Position numbers and translations under genes: made by a program. A stretch of 37,154 nucleotides of DNA from a virus. Taxonomy: Duplodnaviria > Caudoviricetes. Below, in pieces: positions 26,036 to 37,154 of the stretch. Positions within the stretch are counted from its first letter, which is position 1. Every line of letters begins with the position of its first letter. The DNA lies in the IMG/VR virus record IMGVR_UViG_3300032247_001727, positions 1 through 37,154 of that record. One strand, 5' to 3'. A model generated the notes under the pieces. It was not told the origin of the DNA. It was given only the letters and a program-made list of their open reading frames with translations, and ran no database searches.

Positions 26036-26521
26036 ATGGCCTGGACAAAGCGCCTCTACATTCTCGCGGCGTTTGAAGAAATAGGACTCGCATCCTACAT
26101 CTATGACCTGACGGCAGATCAGTTAAGTTCAGCGTTGTTGCGGTTGGATTCCATGATGGGATTGTGGAATTTAAAGGGAATCCATGTGGGTTGGCCTATT
26201 TCCTCGGCGCCCCAAACGTCATCAATTGACGATGAAACTCCCGCGGTTCCGGACTCATGCAATGAGCCGATCATTTTAAATTTAGCAGTGCGAATTGGGC
26301 CTGGGTATGGCAAAGAGGTAGCAATGGAAACCAAGATGGCAGCAAAGCAGGCTTACGATGCAATGCTGATTCAATTTACGGTTCCGGCAGAATTGCAGAT
26401 GCCTACTACCATGCCATCTGGATCTGGCAACAAGTACTGGAACGACCGCTATTTGATTCAACCCAATTTGGACCCGCTTCGCGTATTGAAAAACGGTCAG
26501 TTAAACTTCAACGATTTGTAA
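26036..26521 (+). CDS. Head-to-tail adaptor (P22 gp4-like)
   Basis: WTK......AFEEIG, AL.RLD.MM..W, NLAVRI.P.YGK and MPSGSGN motifs. Confidence 0.85.
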   Translation: MAWTKRLYILAAFEEIGLASYIYDLTADQLSSALLRLDSMMGLWNLKGIHVGWPISSAPQTSSIDDETPAVPDSCNEPIILNLAVRIGPGYGKEVAMETKMAAKQAYDAMLIQFTVPAELQMPTTMPSGSGNKYWNDRYLIQPNLDPLRVLKNGQLNFNDL

Positions 26522-26522
26522 T

Positions 26523-26969
26523 ATGTCCATTGAGAGACTCGCACTAACAAATTTGGTTCAAGACGGGACAACTTTTGCCGTTAACAACAACGGACAAGAT
26601 TACAGGGCACTGGGATCTACTGTTTTAGAGTGGGTGCAGGCTGGAATCAGTTCTGTTGATGGAAAGCGCCTTCAGTATGCTGCTCCAAACGCGACCGGAT
26701 TTACTGTTCTGGTTAACGACTCGAACAAAAGTGCCTGGTTGGTGCTTACGCCGCTTGCGGCATATGTCACTGGTGCGATTACGTTGCCATCGGTGCTTAA
26801 TTGTGTTGAGTCACAAGAAATTCTTGTGAATTGCACTCAAGCAGTTACTGCATTGACTATAAATGGCAACGGATCTACGGTTGTTGGCGCACCTACATCA
26901 TTGAGCGCAAATTCCTTTTTTACGTTGCGATTTGAGCCGGTGCTAAAAGTCTGGTACAGAGTAGGATAA
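26523..26969 (+). CDS. Putative virion (tail accessory) beta-rich protein
   Basis: In the structural operon; T/V/A-rich beta pattern; ends WYRVG. Confidence 0.65.
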   Translation: MSIERLALTNLVQDGTTFAVNNNGQDYRALGSTVLEWVQAGISSVDGKRLQYAAPNATGFTVLVNDSNKSAWLVLTPLAAYVTGAITLPSVLNCVESQEILVNCTQAVTALTINGNGSTVVGAPTSLSANSFFTLRFEPVLKVWYRVG

Positions 26970-26972
26970 TTT

Positions 26973-27269
26973 ATGGTCATCATTCCTTTCATTCCAAAGT
27001 ACGCCGCGGGACAAACTGTTTCGCCTACAACAACGTCTGCCAGCGTTACCCTGGGTGTTGGGTCAAAGTCTTTGTGTCTTACTAACCTTGGAAGCGTGTT
27101 GATTTACGTTCGCGCAAGTTCCAATGGATTTGCTGCGACCAACAAAGATTATCCTGTGCCGGTTGGATCGCAGGTGACAATTGGTAAGTTTCAAGATGAC
27201 AGTACTTTGTCTTACATTTCTGATTCCGGCACTGGTTCGCTTCATATTATTCAAGGCGAAGGTTTCTAA
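26973..27269 (+). CDS. Putative small virion beta-sandwich protein
   Basis: TNLG...IYV motif and C-terminal LHIIQGEG; operon context. Confidence 0.65.
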   Translation: MVIIPFIPKYAAGQTVSPTTTSASVTLGVGSKSLCLTNLGSVLIYVRASSNGFAATNKDYPVPVGSQVTIGKFQDDSTLSYISDSGTGSLHIIQGEGF

Positions 27270-27448
27270 TGATCCGTTACCTTACACGCAGGAGATCAAA
27301 AAGCCCTTGGGGTGTAGCGTCTGGTGGAACCGGAGGCGGCAACCTTGATGGTGGAACTGCGTTTACGGTAATTTTTGCTCGCACTATAGATAACGGGAGT
27401 GCGTCAACATCAAGTTTTGCAACGATTTACAACGGGGGAACCGCTTAA
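27269..27448 (+). CDS. 59-aa protein with DGG-like repeats (MIRYLTRRRS...NLDGGTA...IDNGSA...YNGGTA), not in ORF track
   Basis: TAATG coupling upstream; stop 3 nt before the fibre ATG. Confidence 0.65.
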   Translation: MIRYLTRRRSKSPWGVASGGTGGGNLDGGTAFTVIFARTIDNGSASTSSFATIYNGGTA

Positions 27449-30700
<3,252 letters not shown>

Positions 30701-30703
30701 TTT

Positions 30704-31441
30704 ATGGCCTCATTAATCCCAAAAGTTAACGCAACCGCTGGGTCAGCAACTGCCCCAGGAACAGGTGCCTTGGTAACAGGTGAGCTTGCCGAAAACAAAT
30801 ACACCGGACGCCTTTACGTCAAAACGGAGGCCGGTACGGTGCTTGATCCCGCTCGCGTCACATTGACCGGTGACGTTACCGGATCTACTGCAACAGCTAC
30901 GACTGAAACCCAAGGAGGAACAATTGCTACAACGCTTGCTACCGTGGGTGCAAGTAAAGGAGGGACCGGCCTTACTAGTACACCGGCAAACGGGCAGGTT
31001 CCAATTGGCAATGGCACCGGATATACATTAGCTACACTTACTGCTGGAACAAACGTAACGATTACTAATGGTGCTGGTACAATTACAATTAATTCTGCTT
31101 CTACATTGTTAAATGGGGCAAAAGCGTGGATAAATTTTAATGGATCTACATCTACCATTAGGGCTAATTACAACATCTCTAGCATTACAAAAAATGCAAC
31201 TGGTGATTACACTATAAATTTTACCACAGCAATGACAGACGCAAATTATGCGGTTGCTATTACGGCACAAGGAAGCTCAGCATCCAATTTGTATGCTCCG
31301 GTCTTATATGCAGGAACACTTACGGGAGGAGGACAATTGGTTGCTCCAACTACTTCTTCGTTTAGATTTATGGTTACTACTTTAGCTTTTTCAGGTGGAG
31401 TTGATTCAGCAATTATAAATTGTCAAGTTTTTGGAAACTAA
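30704..31441 (+). CDS. Distal tail fibre protein
   Basis: GELA.N..TG.LY N-domain, GGTG repeats and C-terminal AKAWINFNG...YNISSI...GDYTINF domain. Confidence 0.75.
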   Translation: MASLIPKVNATAGSATAPGTGALVTGELAENKYTGRLYVKTEAGTVLDPARVTLTGDVTGSTATATTETQGGTIATTLATVGASKGGTGLTSTPANGQVPIGNGTGYTLATLTAGTNVTITNGAGTITINSASTLLNGAKAWINFNGSTSTIRANYNISSITKNATGDYTINFTTAMTDANYAVAITAQGSSASNLYAPVLYAGTLTGGGQLVAPTTSSFRFMVTTLAFSGGVDSAIINCQVFGN

Positions 31442-31448
31442 TTTTATT

Positions 31449-31853
31449 ATGTACATTTTATATTCTCAATTTAATGGCAATTTAGCAGTAATTATTCCTT
31501 GTGGAAACATCAATGATGCAATCAAAGACGTTCCTAATGAAGCTGAATACAAAATTGTTGAATCTATTGAAATCGACAATGATTTTTTCAATGCATATGA
31601 ATTTAGCAAAGACATAGGTGCCGTGATCAATATTTCCAAAGCAAAAGAAATTCAGCTCAACAAGTTTCGAGTTGCAAGAACGCCTTTATTGGAAAAACTT
31701 GACATAAGCTTTATGCAGGCTGTAGAAGCTGGAAACATAACATTGCAACAAGAAATTTCAGCACAAAAACAGGCGTTGCGAGATATTACAAACATGCAAT
31801 TGCCAGACACTCTTTCTGAATTAAAAGCAGTTTGGCCTAAAATTTTATTGTAG
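31449..31853 (+). CDS. Tail fibre assembly chaperone-like protein
   Basis: R.AR.PLL..LD..F..A.E...KQALRDIT...ELKAVWP; directly follows the fibre gene; ATG 31449 preferred. Confidence 0.7.
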   Translation: MYILYSQFNGNLAVIIPCGNINDAIKDVPNEAEYKIVESIEIDNDFFNAYEFSKDIGAVINISKAKEIQLNKFRVARTPLLEKLDISFMQAVEAGNITLQQEISAQKQALRDITNMQLPDTLSELKAVWPKILL

Positions 31854-31888
31854 CGTTTACGCTAGTGGTAGTGTAGATCAAATCGCGC

Positions 31889-33637
31889 ATGATCCAATTA
31901 CACTGCCTTTCTGTACCTCACACTGCAACCAACGCCGAATACATGGCGTGCGCTTTCACTCAGAAAGTGCGTAAGTTCTTGACGATGTTCAAGGACTCGA
32001 CCAAGTACCATACCATTCATTACGGGCATCCGGACTCAGATACTGACGCGCATGAACACGTTACGGTCATCACCACAGACGTTCAAGAAGCGGCATATGG
32101 CCCTCAGAAGGACAAGCGGAAGTTCTTCAAATACAGCAACGACGATCTCTGCCTTCACACCTACAACGCAAATGCTGGTTTCGAGATCCGAAAGCGCAAA
32201 CAACGCGGCGACATTGTGCTGGCGTTTTGGGGGACAACACAGGGCGCTTGTGATATTGCTAACCAAGACTCTGATTTAATCATTGTTGAGCCTGGGATCG
32301 GGTGTGGATGGGCATTTGCTCCGTTCCGGTGCTATGAAAGCTACGCGTTAAAATCCGCGTTTATGGGGACTGATGGAGTTTGGCAGTGTGATCCAAAATG
32401 GTATTGGAGAATTGTCCCAAATTACTTTGACCTGAGAGATTTTGCCTTTGAGGTAACGCGGCAGAACTATGCGGTGTACTTGGGCCGAATTGGTACTAAC
32501 AAGGGACTGCACATTGCCATCGATGCGTGCGCGAGGATGAGAATTGAACTGGTGATTGCCGGTCAAGGAGGACCGGAAGATGTTGGATTAAATAGTTGGC
32601 CAGATCACGTTCGATATATTGGATACGCGGATACAGAACTCCGGCGCCGGTTACTTTCAGAAGCTGCGTTTGGATTCCTAATGTCAACGTACTGGGAACC
32701 GTTTGGTGGGACCGCAATTGAGATGATGCTTTCTGGATGCGTTCCGATTACATCAAACGCCGGTGCAATGACCGAGTACATCGTTGATGGGATAAACGGA
32801 TTTCGGTGCGATACGATGGGAGATGTGCTTCGAGCGATTCGATTAGTGCCAACTATTCGGCGAGACCGAATGGTTGAATACGCCAGGGCAAACTTCTCGC
32901 TTGATGCCGTGCGTCCTAAATTTGAACGGGCATTTAGTGATTTCTCGGATACATTTAATGCTGCTGGTTGGTACGAGGATCACAACAGGCCACTGACGGG
33001 CGCAGGACTCGATTTTCGGGCACTCTACGCTCCTGCAGTGGTGGAGACTCCAAATGATTTTGAAAAGTCGTTCTGGGGCGATTGCACGAACACGAAGGAC
33101 GAGGAGGACAAGCAGTTTGTTTATGCCGAGTTGATGGGGCTTCAGCGTGCATGGAACAGTTTTCCACAGTCTGAAAAACGGATTGCTGACATTGGTGGGG
33201 GACCAGTATCGATGTTGTTAAAATCAACCGAGGTTGGCGCCGGATCAATAGTCGTTGATCCCTTGGGGTATCCGGACTGGGTACTGTCCCGCTACGCGGC
33301 AAAAGGCATTCAGTACGTCCAGATGCGCGGCGAGGACTGGCAGGGAGAAGACTTTGACGAGGTCTGGATATACAACTGCCTGCAACACGTTGATGACCCT
33401 GGGCAGATTATTCGGAATGCGCTCAAGGCCGCGCCGGTGCTTCGCATATTTGAGTGGATCAACTTTCCGGCATACGAAGGGCATCCACAGGCGTTGACGC
33501 AGGAACTCCTTGAATCATGGATTGGGCAGACCGGCACTGTGGTGCATTTAAACCATTCTGGTTGTCATGGGGATTCGTTTTCAGGCGTGTTCCTAAGAAA
33601 AGGTCTTGAGCTTGATGACTTGCCAGATACATACTGA
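31889..33637 (+). CDS. Glycosyltransferase (GT-B, GT4-like) fused to a class I SAM-dependent methyltransferase
   Basis: YLGRI...KG, EPFGGTAIE..LSG.P.I.S..GA..EY..DG.NGF; C-terminal IADIGGGP and FDEVWIYNCLQHVDDP. Confidence 0.88.
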   Translation: MIQLHCLSVPHTATNAEYMACAFTQKVRKFLTMFKDSTKYHTIHYGHPDSDTDAHEHVTVITTDVQEAAYGPQKDKRKFFKYSNDDLCLHTYNANAGFEIRKRKQRGDIVLAFWGTTQGACDIANQDSDLIIVEPGIGCGWAFAPFRCYESYALKSAFMGTDGVWQCDPKWYWRIVPNYFDLRDFAFEVTRQNYAVYLGRIGTNKGLHIAIDACARMRIELVIAGQGGPEDVGLNSWPDHVRYIGYADTELRRRLLSEAAFGFLMSTYWEPFGGTAIEMMLSGCVPITSNAGAMTEYIVDGINGFRCDTMGDVLRAIRLVPTIRRDRMVEYARANFSLDAVRPKFERAFSDFSDTFNAAGWYEDHNRPLTGAGLDFRALYAPAVVETPNDFEKSFWGDCTNTKDEEDKQFVYAELMGLQRAWNSFPQSEKRIADIGGGPVSMLLKSTEVGAGSIVVDPLGYPDWVLSRYAAKGIQYVQMRGEDWQGEDFDEVWIYNCLQHVDDPGQIIRNALKAAPVLRIFEWINFPAYEGHPQALTQELLESWIGQTGTVVHLNHSGCHGDSFSGVFLRKGLELDDLPDTY

Positions 33638-33640
33638 CCC

Positions 33641-33754
33641 ATGCCAAAGAAGCCTTCTACATCTTCCAAGGTAAAGCAGAAGCCACAACCTTACCCAAAA
33701 CGTGCAAGTTCCAATCCTAAACGGGATTTACGCGGACGAGTCGTCCAATTTTAG
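33641..33754 (+). CDS. Possible 37-aa basic peptide MPKKPSTSSKVKQKPQPYPKRASSNPKRDLRGRVVQF
   Basis: ATG 3 nt after the upstream stop; overlaps the GTG start of the gp10-like gene. Confidence 0.35.
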   Translation: MPKKPSTSSKVKQKPQPYPKRASSNPKRDLRGRVVQF

Positions 33755-35108
33755 GACCGGCTATCCGCGGAACATGGTGCCGCTTCCCAAGAAAACCGGC
33801 ATTTCCGAGGGATACTTTCGCCCTGGGGATGGAATCATTCACATGGTCGATGGACCTGGGATTGATCGGGGCGGCATTAACTGGAATGGCGCGTGTTATC
33901 GCGTCATGGGAACCAAGTTTGTACGCGTGAATGCCAACTGGTCAATTGACGTAATTGGTGACGTAGGAGGCACTACAGATGATTGCGTCAGTATGGATTA
34001 TGGGTTTGATTACCTAGCCATTGCATCTGACAAAAAGCTATGGCTTTTCAACGGAACTGCATTAACGCAGGTAACGGATACAGACCTTGGCACAGTGCTG
34101 GATGTGCAGTGGGTAGATGGGTACTTTATGACAACAGATGGGACGTATCTTGTTGTCACTGAATTAAATGATCCATTTTCAGTTAATCCGTTGAAGTATG
34201 GATCTGCTGAAACTGACCCAGATCCAATTGTGGGTATTCTCAAGGTGCGTAACGAAATTTACGCGATGGGCCGATACAGTATTGAAGTGTTCAGCAACAT
34301 CGGGGGATCATTGTTTCCATTTGCGCGTATTCCAGGCGCACAGGTGCAACGCGGGGCGATTGGAACCCATGCGTGCGTGTACTGGAACGAAACCATTGCG
34401 TTCCTTGGAAGCGGTAGAAATGAAGCTCCAGGCGTGTATGCAGTCACCTCTGGAGTTGCAACAAAACTGAGCACCAGAGAGATCGATCAAATTCTTTTGA
34501 CGTATACTGAAGAAGAACTTGCGACTGCAATTCTTGAGTCTCGAATTACTTCTGGGTTGAAACAGTTGTATGTTCACCTGCCAGATCGGACTTTGATTTT
34601 TGATGGAGGAGCATCTTCAGTCACTGAAAGCCCATGCTGGTACTACGCATCAACGTCACTGGTTGGGTATTCTCAATATCGTGCAAGGAACATGGTGTGG
34701 TGCTACAATCAATGGATTGTCTCGGACCCGCAATCATCTGCGCTGGGAATACTCACTGATACCTTATCCAGTCACTGGGGAGAAAAGGTGGGTTGGGAAT
34801 TTAATACGCAGATTATTTTCAATGACTCCAAAGGTGTGTTATTCCATGAGCTGGAATTAGTTGCGTTAAATGGACGATCTGAACTTGGTGTAGACTCGAC
34901 CATTTGGACAAGCTACTCGGTAGATGGAGAATCGTGGAGTGTTGAAAAAGGCGCAAAAGTGGGGAGACAGGGCGACCGGCGCAAAAACATCACTTGGCTA
35001 CGCAACGGGTATGCTCGCGACTGGCGAATTCAAAAGTTTCGCGGCACCAGTGATGCATTCCTGTCAGTAGCTAGGCTAGATATGCGAATTGAACCACTGA
35101 AGGGATAG
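33702..35108 (+). CDS. Tail hub / DNA stabilization protein (P22 gp10-like)
   Basis: YP.NM.P.PK.....GY, G..RG...W....YRV.G, Y.SAE.DPD.I and SYS.DG..WS motifs. Confidence 0.9.
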   Translation: MQVPILNGIYADESSNFRTGYPRNMVPLPKKTGISEGYFRPGDGIIHMVDGPGIDRGGINWNGACYRVMGTKFVRVNANWSIDVIGDVGGTTDDCVSMDYGFDYLAIASDKKLWLFNGTALTQVTDTDLGTVLDVQWVDGYFMTTDGTYLVVTELNDPFSVNPLKYGSAETDPDPIVGILKVRNEIYAMGRYSIEVFSNIGGSLFPFARIPGAQVQRGAIGTHACVYWNETIAFLGSGRNEAPGVYAVTSGVATKLSTREIDQILLTYTEEELATAILESRITSGLKQLYVHLPDRTLIFDGGASSVTESPCWYYASTSLVGYSQYRARNMVWCYNQWIVSDPQSSALGILTDTLSSHWGEKVGWEFNTQIIFNDSKGVLFHELELVALNGRSELGVDSTIWTSYSVDGESWSVEKGAKVGRQGDRRKNITWLRNGYARDWRIQKFRGTSDAFLSVARLDMRIEPLKG

Positions 35109-35109
35109 T

Positions 35110-35400
35110 ATGGCGTTTGACGTAAAGCAATTAACTCGAAATGAATTGGCTCAGTTCTTGCCAAATCAACGGGCTATTTCTGCTTTTGAAAACCTGTTTA
35201 ATGTACCGGCATCCGTAAACGCCAACGCTCAAGACATTGAAGATGCCAACCTTAACTCCGCTTCAGCGGAGGCTAAGGCGCAAGTTGCATTGGATGAGGT
35301 TGGAGCGGCAAAAACTACAGCAGACAATGCTCAAAATACAGCAAACCAAGCACTGGCAGAAGTTCGTTTACTTTCTCTGGCACCACCACTTGTAATGTAA
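35110..35400 (+). CDS. Coiled-coil protein at the tail needle (gp26) position
   Basis: Ala-rich heptads; directly follows the gp10-like gene. Confidence 0.55.
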   Translation: MAFDVKQLTRNELAQFLPNQRAISAFENLFNVPASVNANAQDIEDANLNSASAEAKAQVALDEVGAAKTTADNAQNTANQALAEVRLLSLAPPLVM

Positions 35401-35401
35401 T

Positions 35402-35737
35402 ATGGCAGTCACGATTCTTAACATCATTCCTCGAAAACAAGCCGAGGCAACTCAAACGGGACAGTACACATCGAGTGGCGTAAAAACCATCATCGACAAG
35501 TTTACCGTGACCAACACATCCGGATCTGCCGCGACTTTTAGCGTAAACCTTGTGGCAAGTGGAGGAAGTGCCGGTTGGTCAAACTTAGTGCTCAATGCTC
35601 AAAGCGTTGCTGCCGGTGCGTGTTACCTGTGTCCCGAACTGGTGGGGCAGACGCTTGAGGCCGGTGGGTTTATTTCAACTCTTGCTGGGACTGCCAGTGC
35701 ATTAACCATCTCTGCCTCTGGAAGGCAAATTTCCTAA
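35402..35737 (+). CDS. Small beta-rich virion protein
   Basis: IIDKFTVTN, CPELVGQ.L..G.FIS and ASGR motifs; operon context. Confidence 0.65.
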   Translation: MAVTILNIIPRKQAEATQTGQYTSSGVKTIIDKFTVTNTSGSAATFSVNLVASGGSAGWSNLVLNAQSVAAGACYLCPELVGQTLEAGGFISTLAGTASALTISASGRQIS

Positions 35738-36567
35738 TGCTATCAATTCCTGACGTTTCTGAAAAGTTGGAGATGGCAATGGTCCAGATGCCACAAGCCG
35801 AGTGTCCAGTAGTGCATCACTTTGGACCTGGCGTGTACATTCGCGAGGTGACACTGCCTGCTGGCGCTTTGGTGCTGGGGCATAAGCACCGGTTCGCGCA
35901 TACAAATATTTTGGTCAAGGGGCGCCTCAAATTGTTGTGTGAAGACGGTGAGGTGCGGGAGTTTGCTGCGCCTATGGTAATGACAGGGAACCCAGGCAGG
36001 AAACTGGCATTTGTCATGGAAGAAACCGTGTGGCAGAACGTGTACGCGACCGAGGTAACAAACCCAGTGGCGCTGGAAGAAATTCTGCTGGATAAGTCAC
36101 CGGCATGGCATGAATATTCCGAACAGGTGCGTTTGCTTGAATACGAGGCAAGGGGTGCTGATCGAGAAGATTTTCTAAAGGTAATTGGAGAGTTTGGGTT
36201 GGATGAGCCAACTGTAGAACTGATCTCTCAAATGGAAACCGATCAGATTGAGTTTCCGCCAGGGTGTGGCACTACGCTTGTGATCCGAGATTCGGTAATT
36301 CACGGGAAGGGGATGTTTACTAGCATTTCGGCGAAAGCGTTTGACGTTTTGGCACCTGCAAGGCTAAATGGAAAACGAACTCCCGCGGGACGCTGGATAA
36401 ACCACTCTAAAGATCCGAACTGTTTTTTTGTAAAAAACGATGTAGGGGATATTTGGCTTTTGGCAATGCGAGACATTGCTGGATGCCGTGGAGGCGACTC
36501 AGGAGAAGAACTGACGGTTGACTACAAACAGGCGCTCTTGTGCGCTGAAACTTTCAAACTCAAATAA
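35737..36567 (+). CDS. Cupin-like domain fused to a SET-domain (protein lysine methyltransferase-like) domain
   Basis: N-terminal HHF.PGVY.RE..LPAG....GH.H...H; C-terminal S.IHGKGMF, RWINHSKDPN and GEELTVDY SET motifs. Confidence 0.85.
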   Translation: MLSIPDVSEKLEMAMVQMPQAECPVVHHFGPGVYIREVTLPAGALVLGHKHRFAHTNILVKGRLKLLCEDGEVREFAAPMVMTGNPGRKLAFVMEETVWQNVYATEVTNPVALEEILLDKSPAWHEYSEQVRLLEYEARGADREDFLKVIGEFGLDEPTVELISQMETDQIEFPPGCGTTLVIRDSVIHGKGMFTSISAKAFDVLAPARLNGKRTPAGRWINHSKDPNCFFVKNDVGDIWLLAMRDIAGCRGGDSGEELTVDYKQALLCAETFKLK

Positions 36568-36569
36568 TT

Positions 36570-37154
36570 ATGGGTGCCGTTATTGCTGCCGTTGTTGTTG
36601 GTACTGCTGCCGTTGCCGGTGGCGTAATGGCTTATACTGGGGCGCAGAAACAAGCCTCGGCAGCAAAGGCCGCGGCAGATGCCCAGACTCAATCAGGGCG
36701 CGAGGCAATTGCCGCAAATAATGACCAGTTTCAGCAGATGAAAGCTATGGTTCAACCATATGCTAACGCTGGATATGATAGCTTGACGGCACAGTTGGAT
36801 TTGATTGGGCAAAACGGGCCAGAAAAACAACAAGCAGCAATTGCAGCAATACAAAATGACCCAAATGCTCAGGCGTTGGCAGTTCAAGGAGAACAGGGCA
36901 TTTTGGCAAATGCATCTGCTACTGGAGGGCTTCGAGGGGGAAACATTCAAGCCGCATTAGCTCAGTTTCGGCCTCAGTTGCTGCAGTCGATGATCAATGA
37001 CCGGTACTCAAAACTTCAAGGCATCACTCAGCTTGGACAGGCAGCAGCATCGCAGCAAGCCTCGGCATCGCTTGCAAATGGGCAGCAGACTGCCAACCTA
37101 TTGACCGGTATTGGCAACGCCCAGGCGCAGGGGCTTATTGGTGCCGGTGCAGCA
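36570..37154 (+). CDS. 5' part of P22 gp7-like ejection protein (continues at the window start, stop at 231)
   Basis: ATG at 36570; hydrophobic MGAVIAAVVVG N-terminus, QPY..AG and ASATGGLRGGN; open to the window end and in frame with position 1. Confidence 0.8.
   Translation, partial: MGAVIAAVVVGTAAVAGGVMAYTGAQKQASAAKAAADAQTQSGREAIAANNDQFQQMKAMVQPYANAGYDSLTAQLDLIGQNGPEKQQAAIAAIQNDPNAQALAVQGEQGILANASATGGLRGGNIQAALAQFRPQLLQSMINDRYSKLQGITQLGQAAASQQASASLANGQQTANLLTGIGNAQAQGLIGAGAA
37032..37154 (+). repeat. Terminal direct repeat, right copy
   Basis: Identical to 1-123. Confidence 0.97.

Overview
The window is a complete, circularly assembled genome of about 37.0 kb: bases 1-123 are identical to 37032-37154, and one gene reads straight through the join. 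It is a podovirus with P22-like virion genes: terS, terL, portal, scaffold, coat, gp4- and gp10-like tail proteins, three ejection proteins and a tailspike head-binding domain. It also carries a lysis cassette, a primase-helicase / SF2 helicase / VRR-NUC replication module, RecE/RecT-like recombination genes and a probable iteron origin at about 16.7-17.0 kb. I found no integrase, tRNA or CRISPR array. An SSB that resembles PVC-superphylum SSBs, plus SD-poor and leaderless starts, suggests a Verrucomicrobiota-like host (inference). Four observations stand out. (1) A C5 DNA methyltransferase appears split between two almost fully overlapping reading frames that start at the same ATGTG. (2) The structural operon holds a candidate virion-modification system: Gly-X-Thr collagen fibres beside a glycosyltransferase-methyltransferase fusion, and a cupin-SET-domain protein in a genome with several tiny Lys-rich ORFs. 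(3) The fibres may be chain-linked through shared FGT(F/Y) C-termini. (4) A 2.5-kb control region contains iterons, polar GAGTCC motifs, long alternating purine-pyrimidine tracts and a cassette flanked by direct repeats. All family calls come from reading motifs by eye; no searches were run.
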